Notes: generated by a model from the letters alone, not told the origin. 64,000 nucleotides of DNA from a virus (IMGVR_UViG_3300031087_000514), one strand, 5' to 3'; positions 9,071-19,741 are shown, counted from the first letter of the stretch. Numbers and translations are program-made.

Positions 9071-9562
9071 ATGTCCTTAGCAGAAGATGAACGAACACAA
9101 CGATCCCGCGAAGCTGCCAGAGAGCGTTCTCGAGCGAAATCGATAAAGTTTGCAAAGATGAATGCAGAGGCTCGTCGTCTTTCGCAGGAAATGCCAGAAG
9201 AAGGATTGCCTCTCAGTATTTGGGCAGAAGAAATCAAACGGCGTTCAGGAGAACACGAGTACATTCTTCACATCCTTCATAATCTTGAAGGGGAAGTTCA
9301 TTACTCTTTGTCTAATGTTACAAGACTTCCAGGCTTGCAAAGCGCAGACCCTCAGTATCTTTCAGAATACACGCCTTACTCCATCCCTGAGAGTGTTGAA
9401 CTTGACGAAGAAGTACTACGCCAGTACAATAAGTGGTCAATACTGAATACTCAGCGTGCATATGCTACACAAGCTTACATCCAGTCACAGCTTGATTCAG
9501 GAAACGAGATTCTCGTACGTAAGCCTGACGGAACAGTCGAAGTAGTTCGGTTTTCCTCATGA
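9071..9562 (+). CDS. hypothetical protein
   Basis: GGAAAGG RBS; Arg/Glu-rich N-terminus. Confidence 0.5.
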   Translation: MSLAEDERTQRSREAARERSRAKSIKFAKMNAEARRLSQEMPEEGLPLSIWAEEIKRRSGEHEYILHILHNLEGEVHYSLSNVTRLPGLQSADPQYLSEYTPYSIPESVELDEEVLRQYNKWSILNTQRAYATQAYIQSQLDSGNEILVRKPDGTVEVVRFSS

Positions 9563-9915
9563 GCGGAGAAGAGACGACTACGTTATGGAGACCAGTGGGT
9601 CCAAAGGAGTTAGCTCTTATCGCTCAGTCAGGTTACCAAAGTTTTCCTCCTAGATTGCCAGACCAGCCGATCTTTTACCCCGTTCTCAATGAGGATTATG
9701 CGAGTAAGATAGCCTCAGGATGGAACGCCAAACATGATGGTGGCGGGTTCGTAACGCAATTCCAAGTAGAAAAACAATTCATTGACCGCTACAAGGTCCA
9801 GCAGGTTGGCGGAGCAACAATTTTGGAATACTGGATACCTGCTGAAGACTTAGATGACTTCAACGAACATATCGTCGGATTCATTGAAGTCATCGCTGAA
9901 TACCCTTCGGTTTAA
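9559..9915 (+). CDS. hypothetical protein
   Basis: ATGA start/stop overlap with upstream gene. Confidence 0.5.
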   Translation: MSGEETTTLWRPVGPKELALIAQSGYQSFPPRLPDQPIFYPVLNEDYASKIASGWNAKHDGGGFVTQFQVEKQFIDRYKVQQVGGATILEYWIPAEDLDDFNEHIVGFIEVIAEYPSV

Positions 9916-9946
9916 AGTTGAGCTGAGTCCACTCAACTATTTTTCG
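9916..9946 (+). terminator. weak rho-independent terminator
   Basis: 7-bp stem agttgag/ctcaact followed by atttttcg. Confidence 0.5.
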
Positions 9947-10014
9947 TCAAAATGACCTCTATTGAAAAAATGGTGTATGCTGTCATCATAAGTTCAACGA
10001 AAGGGTAACATAAA

Positions 10015-11868
10015 ATGGCTCGTACAATTGGTATCGACCTTGGAACCACAAACTCAGCTGCTGCAATCCTTGAAGGTGGAGAAGCGACAGTCATTGCAAA
10101 CGCGGAAGGTGTTCGCACCACCCCATCCATCGTCGCATTCACAAAAGATGGTGATACGCTCGTCGGTGAAACCGCAAAACGTCAGGCAGTCACCAACGTT
10201 GACCGCACCATCCGCTCTGTAAAGCGCCACATGGGTACCACTTGGTCAACCACCATTGAGGGCAAGAAGTACACTGCTCAGGAAATCTCTGCCCGTATCC
10301 TCATGAAGCTCAAAAAGGATGCAGAGACCTACCTTGGTGAAGATGTTGACTCCGCTGTCATCACCGTTCCTGCCTACTTCAATGACGCTGAGCGTCAGGC
10401 AACCAAAGAAGCTGGCGAGATTGCTGGACTGAAAGTTCTCCGTATTGTCAATGAGCCTACCGCCGCAGCAATTGCGTACGGTCTTGACAAGGTAAAAGAA
10501 TCCGAAACTGTTCTCATCTACGACCTCGGTGGTGGAACCTTCGACGTGTCCCTTCTTGACATTGACAAAGACTCTGATGATGGCTTCGCAACCATTGAGG
10601 TACGCGCAACCGCAGGTGATAACCGACTCGGCGGCGATGACTGGGACAAGGCCCTGGTTGATTACATCAACGAGCAGTTCAAGGCTGCTTCTAGTGTTGA
10701 CATCACAGGTGACAAGATTGCTCAGCAGCGTATCCGCGAGGGTGCAGAGCAGGCTAAGAAAGAGCTTTCCAGCGGTAGCAGCACAAGCGTTCAGCTCCCG
10801 TATATCTCTCTCACCTCTGAGGGTCCTCTGAACTTGGATGTTACTATTACCCGTGCGAAGTTTGAAGAGTTGACCAAACCTCTCCTTGACCGCACTAAGA
10901 AGCCATTTGAGCAGGTTCTTGCCGATGCTGGTATTACCACAAGTGACATTGCGAACGTTATTCTTGTTGGTGGTTCAACTCGTATGCCTGCTGTTGTTGA
11001 CCTGGTGAAGTCTTTGACAGGCAAGCAGCCCTCCCAGAATGTGAACCCTGATGAGGTTGTTGCTCTCGGTGCAGCTGTTCAGGCTGGTGTTGTGACTGGT
11101 GAGCGTAAGGATATCCTCCTGATTGACGTTACCCCGCTGTCTCTTGGTTTGGAGACTGCGGGTGGAGTTATGACGAAGCTCATTGAGCGGAACACTGCCA
11201 TTCCTACTAAGCGTAGTGAGACCTTCACTACTGCGGTTGATAACCAGCCGTCTGTTGCTGTTCAGGTCTTCCAGGGTGAGCGTGAGTTTACTCGTGATAA
11301 CAAGAAGCTCGGTCAGTTTGAGTTGACAGGTATCGCTCCTGCTCCTCGTGGCCTTCCTCAGATCGAGGTAACTTTCGACATTGACGCAAACGGTATCGTT
11401 CACGTCTCTGCGAAGGATAAGGGTACTGGCCGCGAGCAGAAGATTACCATCACAGGTGGTTCTTCCCTTTCCCAGGCTGACATCGACCGTATGGTCCGTG
11501 ACGCTGAGGAGCACGCTGCTGAGGACAAGGCTAAGCGTGAGTCCCAGGACCTTCGCAACCAGGCTGAGCAGTTGACCTACTCTGCTGAGAAGGTTCTTGT
11601 GGACTACGCTGACCAGGTTCCTGCTGATGTCAAAGAGGAAGTCACTAACGACATCAACGCTTTGAAGAAGGCTCTAAATGAGGGTTCTGATGATGACGTG
11701 AAAGCTGCTGTGGAGCGTTTGAACCAGTCTCAGCAGAAGGTTGGTCAAAGCGTCTACGGTAACCAGGCACAGGCTGACACAGCCCCTTCTGAGGAAGCTA
11801 ACCAGGCTCCTGCTGGTGGTAGCGAGGATGAAGATGTTGTTGACGCAGAAATTGTTGACGAGGACTAA
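10015..11868 (+). CDS. dnaK: molecular chaperone DnaK (Hsp70)
   Basis: [29 protein letters not shown] Hsp70 signatures; full length 617 aa. Confidence 0.95.
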   Translation: MARTIGIDLGTTNSAAAILEGGEATVIANAEGVRTTPSIVAFTKDGDTLVGETAKRQAVTNVDRTIRSVKRHMGTTWSTTIEGKKYTAQEISARILMKLKKDAETYLGEDVDSAVITVPAYFNDAERQATKEAGEIAGLKVLRIVNEPTAAAIAYGLDKVKESETVLIYDLGGGTFDVSLLDIDKDSDDGFATIEVRATAGDNRLGGDDWDKALVDYINEQFKAASSVDITGDKIAQQRIREGAEQAKKELSSGSSTSVQLPYISLTSEGPLNLDVTITRAKFEELTKPLLDRTKKPFEQVLADAGITTSDIANVILVGGSTRMPAVVDLVKSLTGKQPSQNVNPDEVVALGAAVQAGVVTGERKDILLIDVTPLSLGLETAGGVMTKLIERNTAIPTKRSETFTTAVDNQPSVAVQVFQGEREFTRDNKKLGQFELTGIAPAPRGLPQIEVTFDIDANGIVHVSAKDKGTGREQKITITGGSSLSQADIDRMVRDAEEHAAEDKAKRESQDLRNQAEQLTYSAEKVLVDYADQVPADVKEEVTNDINALKKALNEGSDDDVKAAVERLNQSQQKVGQSVYGNQAQADTAPSEEANQAPAGGSEDEDVVDAEIVDED

Positions 11869-11877
11869 AACTATATA

Positions 11878-11930
11878 AATGAGAAGCGGGACAAACTATT
11901 CGGTTTGTCCCGCTTCTCATTTGCATTTTA
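11878..11930. terminator. bidirectional terminator
   Basis: 19-bp stem aatgagaagcgggacaaac/tttgtcccgcttctcatt. Confidence 0.8.
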
Positions 11931-11955
11931 TCTATAAATCCGTTATCATGAAGCC

Positions 11956-12390
11956 ATGGCTGATCTAACCACGTCGAAATATTCTCGTTTTGTCCTCCCT
12001 GCTGTCGCTGAGAACATTGAGAAGCTTCTGAATCTTCGGTTTACTGATGAAGACGAGGATGAGTATTCTCTCGCTGATATGGCTGACCCGGTGAAAGCAT
12101 CAGGGCATTGCTACGATTCAGCATTGCTAGTCCAGCAATCAGGTCTTGTATTTAACGATGGTCCTACTGGCGAGATTCTGAGGGTCATTCCTGAGGGAGA
12201 AAATGACCCTGACGGTTGGTGGCATGCAGCGTTCTCTGTGCCAGACCATATCGGGGAGGACATTGTGTATGATTTCACTATGCGTCAGTTCCATCCTGAC
12301 CTCCCGTTCCCCTATGTAGGGTTCGCTGACCAGTGGGCTAGCACTATTGAAAAATACGCAGGTCATGGCCCTGTTGAGTTTCTTTGGTAG
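11956..12390 (+). CDS. hypothetical protein
   Basis: ORF 144 aa. Confidence 0.5.
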   Translation: MADLTTSKYSRFVLPAVAENIEKLLNLRFTDEDEDEYSLADMADPVKASGHCYDSALLVQQSGLVFNDGPTGEILRVIPEGENDPDGWWHAAFSVPDHIGEDIVYDFTMRQFHPDLPFPYVGFADQWASTIEKYAGHGPVEFLW

Positions 12391-12423
12391 TATTACGAAT
12401 GATTAAGAAAGAAGTGAATAATA

Positions 12424-12888
12424 ATGGTTGAAACGCCTGTCCTCAAACTTGGTAACGAATTTGATGTACGTGATTTACAGAAGAAGGTGGCTGAGCTGCG
12501 TACAATTATGGTTGAAAGCATTGAGACTCCTGATGATATTCGTTTACAGTTGCTGATTCTGAATGCTGGGTTGGAAAACTTCTTAGAAGGCGAATACGCC
12601 GCGGAAGAACCTTCCCGTGACCGTGATGAGGAAATTCGGTTTGCAGATGAAATCAGTGCAGGCTTTGCCGCTGTGGGAGACAACTATGATGTGAAGTTCA
12701 TTCACTCATCTATGGTAGAAGAGGTTCTCCAAGAGCAGGCTGCATCTATGGGTTTCCTGGATTCTCTTCCAGATGTTATTGCGGATGCCATTGACTGGGA
12801 TAAAGTTGCTGATGTTGCAGCCGCCTCCGAGGATGTTCAGGAAATGTTCATTGATACAGAAGTGTACATTTGTAACCTGTACCTGTGA
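12424..12888 (+). CDS. hypothetical acidic protein
   Basis: ORF with GAAGTGA RBS. Confidence 0.5.
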   Translation: MVETPVLKLGNEFDVRDLQKKVAELRTIMVESIETPDDIRLQLLILNAGLENFLEGEYAAEEPSRDRDEEIRFADEISAGFAAVGDNYDVKFIHSSMVEEVLQEQAASMGFLDSLPDVIADAIDWDKVADVAAASEDVQEMFIDTEVYICNLYL

Positions 12889-12908
12889 TAATCCGATAGA
12901 ATTCTCTC

Positions 12909-13433
12909 ATGAGCAACAAATTAGTTATCGCCTGTGATGGTTCGTGTTTGAAGAACCCCGGCGGTGAAATTGGATGGGCTTGGGCTGACAATAAAGGTCG
13001 TTGGCAATCTAACGGTGCAGCCACTGGTTCTAACCAGAAAGCTGAGCTGTTAGGTTTACTGTCAGTCTTCTATGCTTTCCCAAATACTAGCATGCATATC
13101 CAACTGGATTCTCAGTATGTGTTGAATATCGCAACCAAATGGATGTTCACATGGAAGAAAAACGGTTGGTATCGTGATGCTGAGAAAACGCAGGTTGTGA
13201 GTAATCTCAACTATGTCCAAGCTATCTATGAGGCGCTTCGTGTTCGGAAGCAGAAGAAGCTTGTCACTACGTTTGAATGGGTAAAAGGCCACGCCTCAAA
13301 CGGTTTGAATAACATAGCTGACAAGGAAGCCCAGGCTGCTGCTCGTCGCATAAAAGCCAGTAAACCAGGGTATGCGGACTCTGCAAAGAACACTTCCTCA
13401 GAACGCCAAAACAGAATGCTTGAATCCTTGTGA
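12909..13433 (+). CDS. rnhA: ribonuclease HI
   Basis: ACDGSC, AEL, KGH..N..AD RNase H catalytic motifs. Confidence 0.8.
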   Translation: MSNKLVIACDGSCLKNPGGEIGWAWADNKGRWQSNGAATGSNQKAELLGLLSVFYAFPNTSMHIQLDSQYVLNIATKWMFTWKKNGWYRDAEKTQVVSNLNYVQAIYEALRVRKQKKLVTTFEWVKGHASNGLNNIADKEAQAAARRIKASKPGYADSAKNTSSERQNRMLESL

Positions 13434-14227
13434 ATTCTACAATCGTATCCTACAACATTCAAATCCCAGCAGCAAAAGAGGAGCTACATCCTTGGGCTGG
13501 GAGAAAGCATGAAGTACTGGAATGCTTACCTCTTCTTGGCGACCTTATAGGTTTGCAAGAAGTGGATTACAATACTTCACAAGGACGTGAAGTATCTGAA
13601 CGTCTCGCGGAGGCTGGATTTAGTAGTTTTCAACCAGGGTACGGTGATTCAGAGTACACGGATGAGTACCATACTCGTATCCCTGTGTTCTGGAAGAAAG
13701 AGCATTTCAAACTGATTCGCCAGGAAGTGCGAATGCTCACAACAGGAACAGTTGAGCAGCAAAAGATGCTACCAAACATTGAAGCTCGGTACACTACATA
13801 TGTACAGCTTGAATGCAAAGGGAGACCGTTACATTTTTTCAACCTGCATCAACAGCATGTCCCTATGGAGCTGTCCGATCAGAAACTTATTACAGGGTAT
13901 CAAGCTGTCCAAAGTGCAGGGCTTCAATCCTTGCATGACTTCATTCGTGAACTCAATCCAAATGGGGATAGAACATTCGTTGTTGGTGACTTCAACGCCA
14001 CTGATCCTCATGTGAATGGTTATCAAGACGCTTACCGTGTTGCACAGCATACTGAGCATTCAGAATACAACAGCTACCATGGATATCAACCAAGCGGCGG
14101 CAGCGAAGGCGGGTACATCATTGACCATGTGCTTACAAACCTCACTCAGGCGAACGTGTTGAATGCTGAGACACTTATACAAGAAAGAGGCAGTGACCAC
14201 TACCCGATAAGAGTCACCGTTACCTGA
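13430..14227 (+). CDS. endonuclease/exonuclease/phosphatase (EEP) family protein
   Basis: VSYNIQ, VVGDFNAT, GSDHYPI motifs; GTG start overlapping rnhA stop (GTGA). Confidence 0.7.
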   Translation: MNSTIVSYNIQIPAAKEELHPWAGRKHEVLECLPLLGDLIGLQEVDYNTSQGREVSERLAEAGFSSFQPGYGDSEYTDEYHTRIPVFWKKEHFKLIRQEVRMLTTGTVEQQKMLPNIEARYTTYVQLECKGRPLHFFNLHQQHVPMELSDQKLITGYQAVQSAGLQSLHDFIRELNPNGDRTFVVGDFNATDPHVNGYQDAYRVAQHTEHSEYNSYHGYQPSGGSEGGYIIDHVLTNLTQANVLNAETLIQERGSDHYPIRVTVT

Positions 14228-14272
14228 AAATATGGTAGGCTTACTCGTTCAACTTACCTTTGTATTGGAATC

Positions 14273-14968
14273 ATGAGAATCGTCGTCGCATCCTGCTCTG
14301 TCATCTACACCGGCCGTGGAGATACTAAACTCCCGCAAGCCGTGCGAGCTATCATCCTCAAAGATGACGGATGTATCTCAATCCATAATGATAAGAGCAA
14401 CAAGCCGCTGAATTACATGGGTAAAGGCAACGTTCACACTGAAACAAAGAACGGCGAAATTACGATGTGGACATTTGACACCCGTAAAGAGAGTCTACAA
14501 ATTACCATGCATGAAGTTCTCTCAGACACCAGCTTTGAGATTGACTTGAATGACGCTGGTTTGATCCGTGACGGCACAGAAAAACATTTGCAGGCATGGT
14601 TGGCAGAACACCCTGAAAGCCTCGGAGAAGGCTTTACATTCGTTGCCCGTGAGCATCAGACAGGTGCAGGGCCTGTGGATTTACTGCTGGCTGACAAAGA
14701 TGACAACCTTATCGCTGTTGAAGTGAAACGAATTGCAATGACAGCTTCCGTAGACCAGATTCGTCGTTATGTTGAAGCGTTGCAGCAGGACGGTATGGAG
14801 AATGTCCGTGGAATGATTGCAGCTTTGGATGTTCGTCCAAATACAGTCAAAATGGCTGAAAGACGCGGCATTGACTGGGCTATTATCCCAACCTACTGGC
14901 GTGAAACTGCCTTCATTAATGAAGAAGCAGAATCCGACGAATCAGATTCTGCTTCTTCCGACGAGTAA
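14273..14968 (+). CDS. nucS: endonuclease NucS (EndoMS-like mismatch nuclease)
   Basis: N-terminus MRIVVASCSVIYTGRG...KPLNYM and C-terminal RecB-like GPVDLLLADKDDNLIAVEVKR closely match NucS. Confidence 0.8.
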   Translation: MRIVVASCSVIYTGRGDTKLPQAVRAIILKDDGCISIHNDKSNKPLNYMGKGNVHTETKNGEITMWTFDTRKESLQITMHEVLSDTSFEIDLNDAGLIRDGTEKHLQAWLAEHPESLGEGFTFVAREHQTGAGPVDLLLADKDDNLIAVEVKRIAMTASVDQIRRYVEALQQDGMENVRGMIAALDVRPNTVKMAERRGIDWAIIPTYWRETAFINEEAESDESDSASSDE

Positions 14969-14969
14969 A

Positions 14970-15461
14970 TTACATCGTATTGTCAGGATTCTTCAAATCT
15001 TGAGGAGCTACCTTGTATGCATACTCGCTGTTCGCTGATAGGTAGTAGACATACTCTACGTTTTTGTCTTTCGGATCAGTGACAAGAATGTAATGCCTGC
15101 GAGCATCCACATCAAGGTAGCCTGCGGTATCCATGATTTCTTTAGCCTCAGTGTCAGTAAGATTCAGGTATTCATAATGCTTGTGGAACCAGTTCAGATA
15201 GTTGTTCTGAACAGCTTCCACCCGCATCTGAGGCTGCACGAAAGCAATTTGCGTGAAGCTAACAACTGCACCAACAACTAAAAGGGCGGCTCCACCAAAA
15301 GAAATCAGTGCAGGGATACGACGAAACGCAGGTAGAGCTAACCCGAGAATGAGCAGAGCCAGTGGAATGGCGAAAAGCCAGTAGTTGAAATCCTCTAAAC
15401 CTGTCGGATTGGATGGTACATGCCAACCATTGAGGTCAGAGAGTTTGATTTCGTTGTTCAT
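14970..15461 (-). CDS. membrane protein
   Basis: Two TM helices; internal ATG (MNNEIK) chosen because the upstream start would overlap the divergent pnk start codon. Confidence 0.45.
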   Translation of the reverse strand: MNNEIKLSDLNGWHVPSNPTGLEDFNYWLFAIPLALLILGLALPAFRRIPALISFGGAALLVVGAVVSFTQIAFVQPQMRVEAVQNNYLNWFHKHYEYLNLTDTEAKEIMDTAGYLDVDARRHYILVTDPKDKNVEYVYYLSANSEYAYKVAPQDLKNPDNTM

Positions 15462-15552
15462 AACGTGTAGGATTCCTTTTGTGTTTCTGTTCGCAACTTG
15501 ACCATTGAACTTTCCTATGGTACCCTGTTTTAGTAAATGAGTAAGGAAAATC

Positions 15553-16455
15553 ATGTCTCAGCATATTAAAGTGTTACGCGGTGTTCAGGGTTCTGGTAAA
15601 TCAACCGAAGCCTTGAAGTGGGTTCGTCAGGACCCTCTGAATCGCGCCCGCGTAAACCGAGATGACATCCGTTTGACTAACTTCGGCTCATATGACCTTC
15701 CTCAGGAGTTGGAGTATGCTGTTACGAAGATTGAACATCAGCTGATTCGTACACTGTTGAAGGCGAAGAAGAGCGTTGTTGTTGACAACGTGAACTTGCG
15801 TGCAAAGTACGTGAAAGAGTACTTGCTGATTGCTGATGAGTTCAATGTTCCTGTTCTGTATCAGGATTTTCCTGTGGAGCTGGAAGTTGCATTAGCTCGT
15901 AATGCTGCTCGTGAGCGTAAGGTGCCTGAGGATGTTATTGTCAAGACTCATAAGCGATACATCCAGAGCGGTAAGTTCCCTGAGTTCCCTCAGCTGAGTT
16001 ACGACATGTCTGGGCTGTACGTTCCTGATGAGACCCTTCCGAAGGCTATCCTGTTGGATGTTGATGGCACGGCTATGAAGATTGGCAAGCACCGTGGCCC
16101 TTATGATTTCGATAAGGTCATTGATGATGAGCCGAACTTCCCTGTCATTACCACTGTGCAGTCCCTTGTCGCACATGAAGGCTATAAGGTGATTGTCATG
16201 TCAGGCCGTGATGAGATTTGCAAGCAGGATACTCTGTTTTCTTTGGAAGTTGCAGGGGTTCCTGTTGATGAAATCTACATGCGTCCTCAGGGGGACCGCC
16301 GCCCTGATACTGTTATCAAGCGTGAGTTGTTTGATGCGAATGTTCGTAACCGTTTTAACGTGTTGTTCGCACTTGATGACAGAGATGTTGTGATTGACAT
16401 GTATAGAAAAGACTTGGGCTTGACTGTTTTTCAGGTTGATTACGGGAACTTCTAA
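15553..16455 (+). CDS. pnk: polynucleotide 5'-kinase/3'-phosphatase (T4 Pnkp-like)
   Basis: P-loop GVQGSGKST kinase domain plus DVDGT HAD-phosphatase motif; AAGGA RBS. Confidence 0.8.
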   Translation: MSQHIKVLRGVQGSGKSTEALKWVRQDPLNRARVNRDDIRLTNFGSYDLPQELEYAVTKIEHQLIRTLLKAKKSVVVDNVNLRAKYVKEYLLIADEFNVPVLYQDFPVELEVALARNAARERKVPEDVIVKTHKRYIQSGKFPEFPQLSYDMSGLYVPDETLPKAILLDVDGTAMKIGKHRGPYDFDKVIDDEPNFPVITTVQSLVAHEGYKVIVMSGRDEICKQDTLFSLEVAGVPVDEIYMRPQGDRRPDTVIKRELFDANVRNRFNVLFALDDRDVVIDMYRKDLGLTVFQVDYGNF

Positions 16456-16464
16456 ATCAGTACA

Positions 16465-16530
16465 GATAATGCCAGCATAGGAGACGTTTGACTTTCGTTA
16501 GATTGTCTGTTATGCTGGCATTATCAATTA
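16465..16530. terminator. hairpin terminator
   Basis: 15-bp stem gataatgccagcata/tatgctggcattatc. Confidence 0.65.
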
Positions 16531-16560
16531 AACGTAACTATGTGAATGAATGAAGGTTTC

Positions 16561-16761
16561 ATGCCTGGAATGATGGCTTCCAACAAGAACCGTGCTGTTA
16601 ACCACGTTGATGGTGCTATGTTCGATGATGGTTTCTGGCAGCACCGCCGCTTCAAGGGTAAGCGCAAGGCTGGCGCTCCTACTGGTAGCCGTGGTTGGCG
16701 ACGTGTTCTCCGCGCCAAGGAGAAGGCCGCTACTCGTCGTGACATCGCTGACAACAGCTGA
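16561..16761 (+). CDS. small highly basic protein
   Basis: GAAGG RBS; Arg/Lys-rich 66 aa. Confidence 0.4.
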   Translation: MPGMMASNKNRAVNHVDGAMFDDGFWQHRRFKGKRKAGAPTGSRGWRRVLRAKEKAATRRDIADNS

Positions 16762-16889
16762 TTTCAAAATACCTTATTTTCCCTGGTCAGAATGGGTTTA
16801 AGTACTCCATTTTATTGTAAAATGTCAGTACTTCATGATACAATTATGTAGTAACAAACACACAAACAGACAACGTTGGAGATAGTATT

Positions 16890-17777
16890 ATGAGTTTAGG
16901 TTTTCGTTCAGAGGTTCACTATGATGCAAAGAAGGATACAACTTTCTTGACATCAGATTCACCCGACTTTAGCAATCAGTTACGTGTTGATTTTCCGCGT
17001 GGTTCAGAGCAGGACACAGCTGTCCGTTCGCTTCTTAAAGACCAGGGTGAAGTTTCTTTCGTGAGTGACACAGTGCGGCTCTCAACCATGGGTCGTGCAG
17101 GGCAGTTCGGCGTGTTGGGTGATGGCACTGAGTCTGAGTGCACGTACGATAACATCAAGAATCTTTTCCTTATTGGTAAGGAAGGTTCAGGCATTCTGAA
17201 TCTGGTTCGTAATTATCTTTTGCGCGCAGTCGTAAACCAGGCTAAGGTCTACGCTATCAACGCTCCTGCTGACTTCTACGGCGCAGAAGAGTACTTTGAC
17301 ATGGATGAAGATGTTGTCCTCGTCAACTCTGATACGTACACTGATTGGACTGGCCTCAAAGAGTGGATTGAAGTTGACCTGGATACTGATGAAGAGGTCT
17401 TACTCCTTGTCCATCAGAACAAGGCGTGGGATGAGCTTTCCTTTGAGGCTAAGAGATTCTTCAGCACCCTGGAAGGCCACCGAAACCTCCGCATGCTAAC
17501 ATTCTCAAATGAGGTTGATTACGGGAACATCTTCTCTGATGTGAACTCAGAGGAACAGTTTTGGTTTATTGGTTCAACTGCTGACCTGGATGAACGAGTA
17601 ACAGGATTCATCGGAAGCGTTGAGCATCACGTTGCTAAGTTCTTCATGAACGACCGCACAGACATTCCTCACCAGAACCCTCGGGGCGTGCTTTGGCTGA
17701 GCCGTGACGAGGACGATTACGAGCGTATTGTTACGTACCTTGTTCCTCGTACGATGTGGAATGTAGCTGTTCAGTAA
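16890..17777 (+). CDS. hypothetical protein
   Basis: GGAGA RBS; GTTGG-N10-ATG box variant. Confidence 0.5.
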   Translation: MSLGFRSEVHYDAKKDTTFLTSDSPDFSNQLRVDFPRGSEQDTAVRSLLKDQGEVSFVSDTVRLSTMGRAGQFGVLGDGTESECTYDNIKNLFLIGKEGSGILNLVRNYLLRAVVNQAKVYAINAPADFYGAEEYFDMDEDVVLVNSDTYTDWTGLKEWIEVDLDTDEEVLLLVHQNKAWDELSFEAKRFFSTLEGHRNLRMLTFSNEVDYGNIFSDVNSEEQFWFIGSTADLDERVTGFIGSVEHHVAKFFMNDRTDIPHQNPRGVLWLSRDEDDYERIVTYLVPRTMWNVAVQ

Positions 17778-18444
17778 TTGAAGCAAGGCGTTGAAGGAGT
17801 TCAGGTTTGTTCACATTTGTGAAACCTGAACTCCTTTGCTTTTCCCAGATAGAGTTCAATTGGTTCACCACAGTTTCAGTAGGGATGCGTGTTTTGTTGA
17901 GAAGAAGAAAGTTTGTGTTCACACTACGGTCAGTTCCACCAACACCAGCTTTACCTGCATTGCGCCCAGTTCTTTGTACGAAAAAATCAGAATGAGCTGT
18001 GCAGAAGTAGAATCCTTTCACCCTGTTGACAAGTTCAACAGAGCGAGTATCTTCTTGGTATGACCATAGTTGGAAAAGCTCTTCGCTGTACTTCCACGAT
18101 TTGGTTAAATGTAGATGCGGATGCACCTTGCTTAACAAGGAAGGGCGATCAAAAGTCTTAGGGAGAAGAAAAGCAACTGCGTCAGCGAATTCAGCTGCAT
18201 GTTTGAAGTACTTGATCGTGGTGTGATGATGTGCAAGCTTTGGTGGTTCACCTAAGACTAATGTTTTTGCATCATCTCTGACCCATGTATTTCTGAGAAA
18301 ATCAAGAGGTTCAGGTACCCAAATTTCAGCATCAGGGAAGAAAGGTTTGTCATAACTGACATCAATAATGCGATCATAGTCTGCAATGTGAATACGGCTG
18401 AGACCTTCTTCTGGGTCCCATTGCTCAATGGGTTGTAAGTTCAT
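17731..18444 (-). CDS. hypothetical protein
   Basis: Start set at MNLQPIEQ (AAGGA RBS) rather than the longer ORF. Confidence 0.5.
   Translation of the reverse strand: MNLQPIEQWDPEEGLSRIHIADYDRIIDVSYDKPFFPDAEIWVPEPLDFLRNTWVRDDAKTLVLGEPPKLAHHHTTIKYFKHAAEFADAVAFLLPKTFDRPSLLSKVHPHLHLTKSWKYSEELFQLWSYQEDTRSVELVNRVKGFYFCTAHSDFFVQRTGRNAGKAGVGGTDRSVNTNFLLLNKTRIPTETVVNQLNSIWEKQRSSGFTNVNKPELLQRLASITEQLHSTSYEEQGT
17794..17846. terminator. hairpin terminator
   Basis: 15-bp stem aaggagttcaggttt/aaacctgaactcctt followed by tgcttttcc. Confidence 0.7.
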
Positions 18445-18502
18445 CGTTTCGTATCCTTTTTCACATGCGTTTCGTAACTTCTTCTTCGTTAGATATATCA
18501 GC

Positions 18503-19741
18503 ATGACTACCACTCGTAAACCACCTTATTTGCATGCTGACGGTTCAAATTGTTGGACAAAGCATTGCTCCCGCCGCACCAAGGAAAGCAATGATCGTGC
18601 TTCCTTCTTCAAGCAGGTTGAAAAGACCCCAGCTGCGAAGCTTCCTACCAACCTTCCTCCACTGTCAGCGTTCCAGAAAGCTCACGCTGAGGGCCGTATT
18701 GAGAAGTCTGAACACCCAAATTACCCTTACGTGACCTACAAATACGCGCGTACTACGCAGTTCGCTTCTGACTGGGATGATGTCACACTTGCTTCTCGTG
18801 GAATCATCTTTAACAAGGAAACCGGAGAAGTTGTTGCACGTCCATTTGCAAAGTTCTTCAACTACAATGAACCTTCCGTGCCTACTGATAAACTTCATGG
18901 TCGTGTGAGCGTCACTGACAAACTTGATGGTTCATTAGGTATTGGTTACGTTGATGAGGACGGTAAGTTCAACATTGCTACTTCTGGTAGCTTTATCTCT
19001 GAACAGTCTAAACATGCTACTCGTATATACCAAGAGAAGTATGAAGGTAAGTGGAATCCAAATCCAAACATGACATACATGTGGGAAATCATTTACCCTG
19101 AGAACCGTGTTGTTGTCAACTATGGCGATGAGGACGACTTGCACCTTATCGGTGCTGTCAATAAGCGCACTGGTAAGAGCGTCCCATTAGGTGATATCAA
19201 AGAGTGGAAGTGGAAGCGTGCAGAAGAGTACAAGAATATTTCTTCTCTTGACTCTGTACTTGCCACTCCTGACCGTGAGAACCGTGAAGGTTTCATTGTC
19301 CACTACATTGATACTGACACTCGCGTAAAGTACAAGCATGAGCAGTACTTGAACATTCACCGTGTTGCTACTGGTGTTACTTCTAAGACTATCTGGCGCA
19401 AGATGTCTTTGGGTGAAGATATGGACAGCTGGAAGAGTGGAATTCCTGAGGAGTTCACTGACTTCATTTCTGAACGTCAGAACAAAATTCGCGCAAACTA
19501 CGATAATGAAGTCAGTAAAGTTGTTGCTGACCACGCGAAGTTCAAAGCTTCTATGCCTGCTTCATATGAACGTAAAGACTTCGCTGTTACATTGAAGAAT
19601 TCTTCTGTAGTTCCAGCTGAGAATAAACCATTCATTATGAATTATGAATTCAACGGTAAAGTAGCAACAAACGAGGTGCAAGCTCGTAAAATTTGGGAGC
19701 GCATCAAGCCTACCGATGAGGATACTTTCTGGAACATGTAA
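18503..19741 (+). CDS. RNA ligase paralog with about 60-aa N-terminal extension
   Basis: Motif I KLDGS; homologous to 7735..8865 from residue about 60; GTTAG box at 18488 (N10 spacing) supports the 18503 ATG. Confidence 0.7.
   Translation: MTTTRKPPYLHADGSNCWTKHCSRRTKESNDRASFFKQVEKTPAAKLPTNLPPLSAFQKAHAEGRIEKSEHPNYPYVTYKYARTTQFASDWDDVTLASRGIIFNKETGEVVARPFAKFFNYNEPSVPTDKLHGRVSVTDKLDGSLGIGYVDEDGKFNIATSGSFISEQSKHATRIYQEKYEGKWNPNPNMTYMWEIIYPENRVVVNYGDEDDLHLIGAVNKRTGKSVPLGDIKEWKWKRAEEYKNISSLDSVLATPDRENREGFIVHYIDTDTRVKYKHEQYLNIHRVATGVTSKTIWRKMSLGEDMDSWKSGIPEEFTDFISERQNKIRANYDNEVSKVVADHAKFKASMPASYERKDFAVTLKNSSVVPAENKPFIMNYEFNGKVATNEVQARKIWERIKPTDEDTFWNM

Noticed and set aside
10975-11514. 179-aa minus-strand ORF
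   Set aside because: Antisense shadow inside dnaK.
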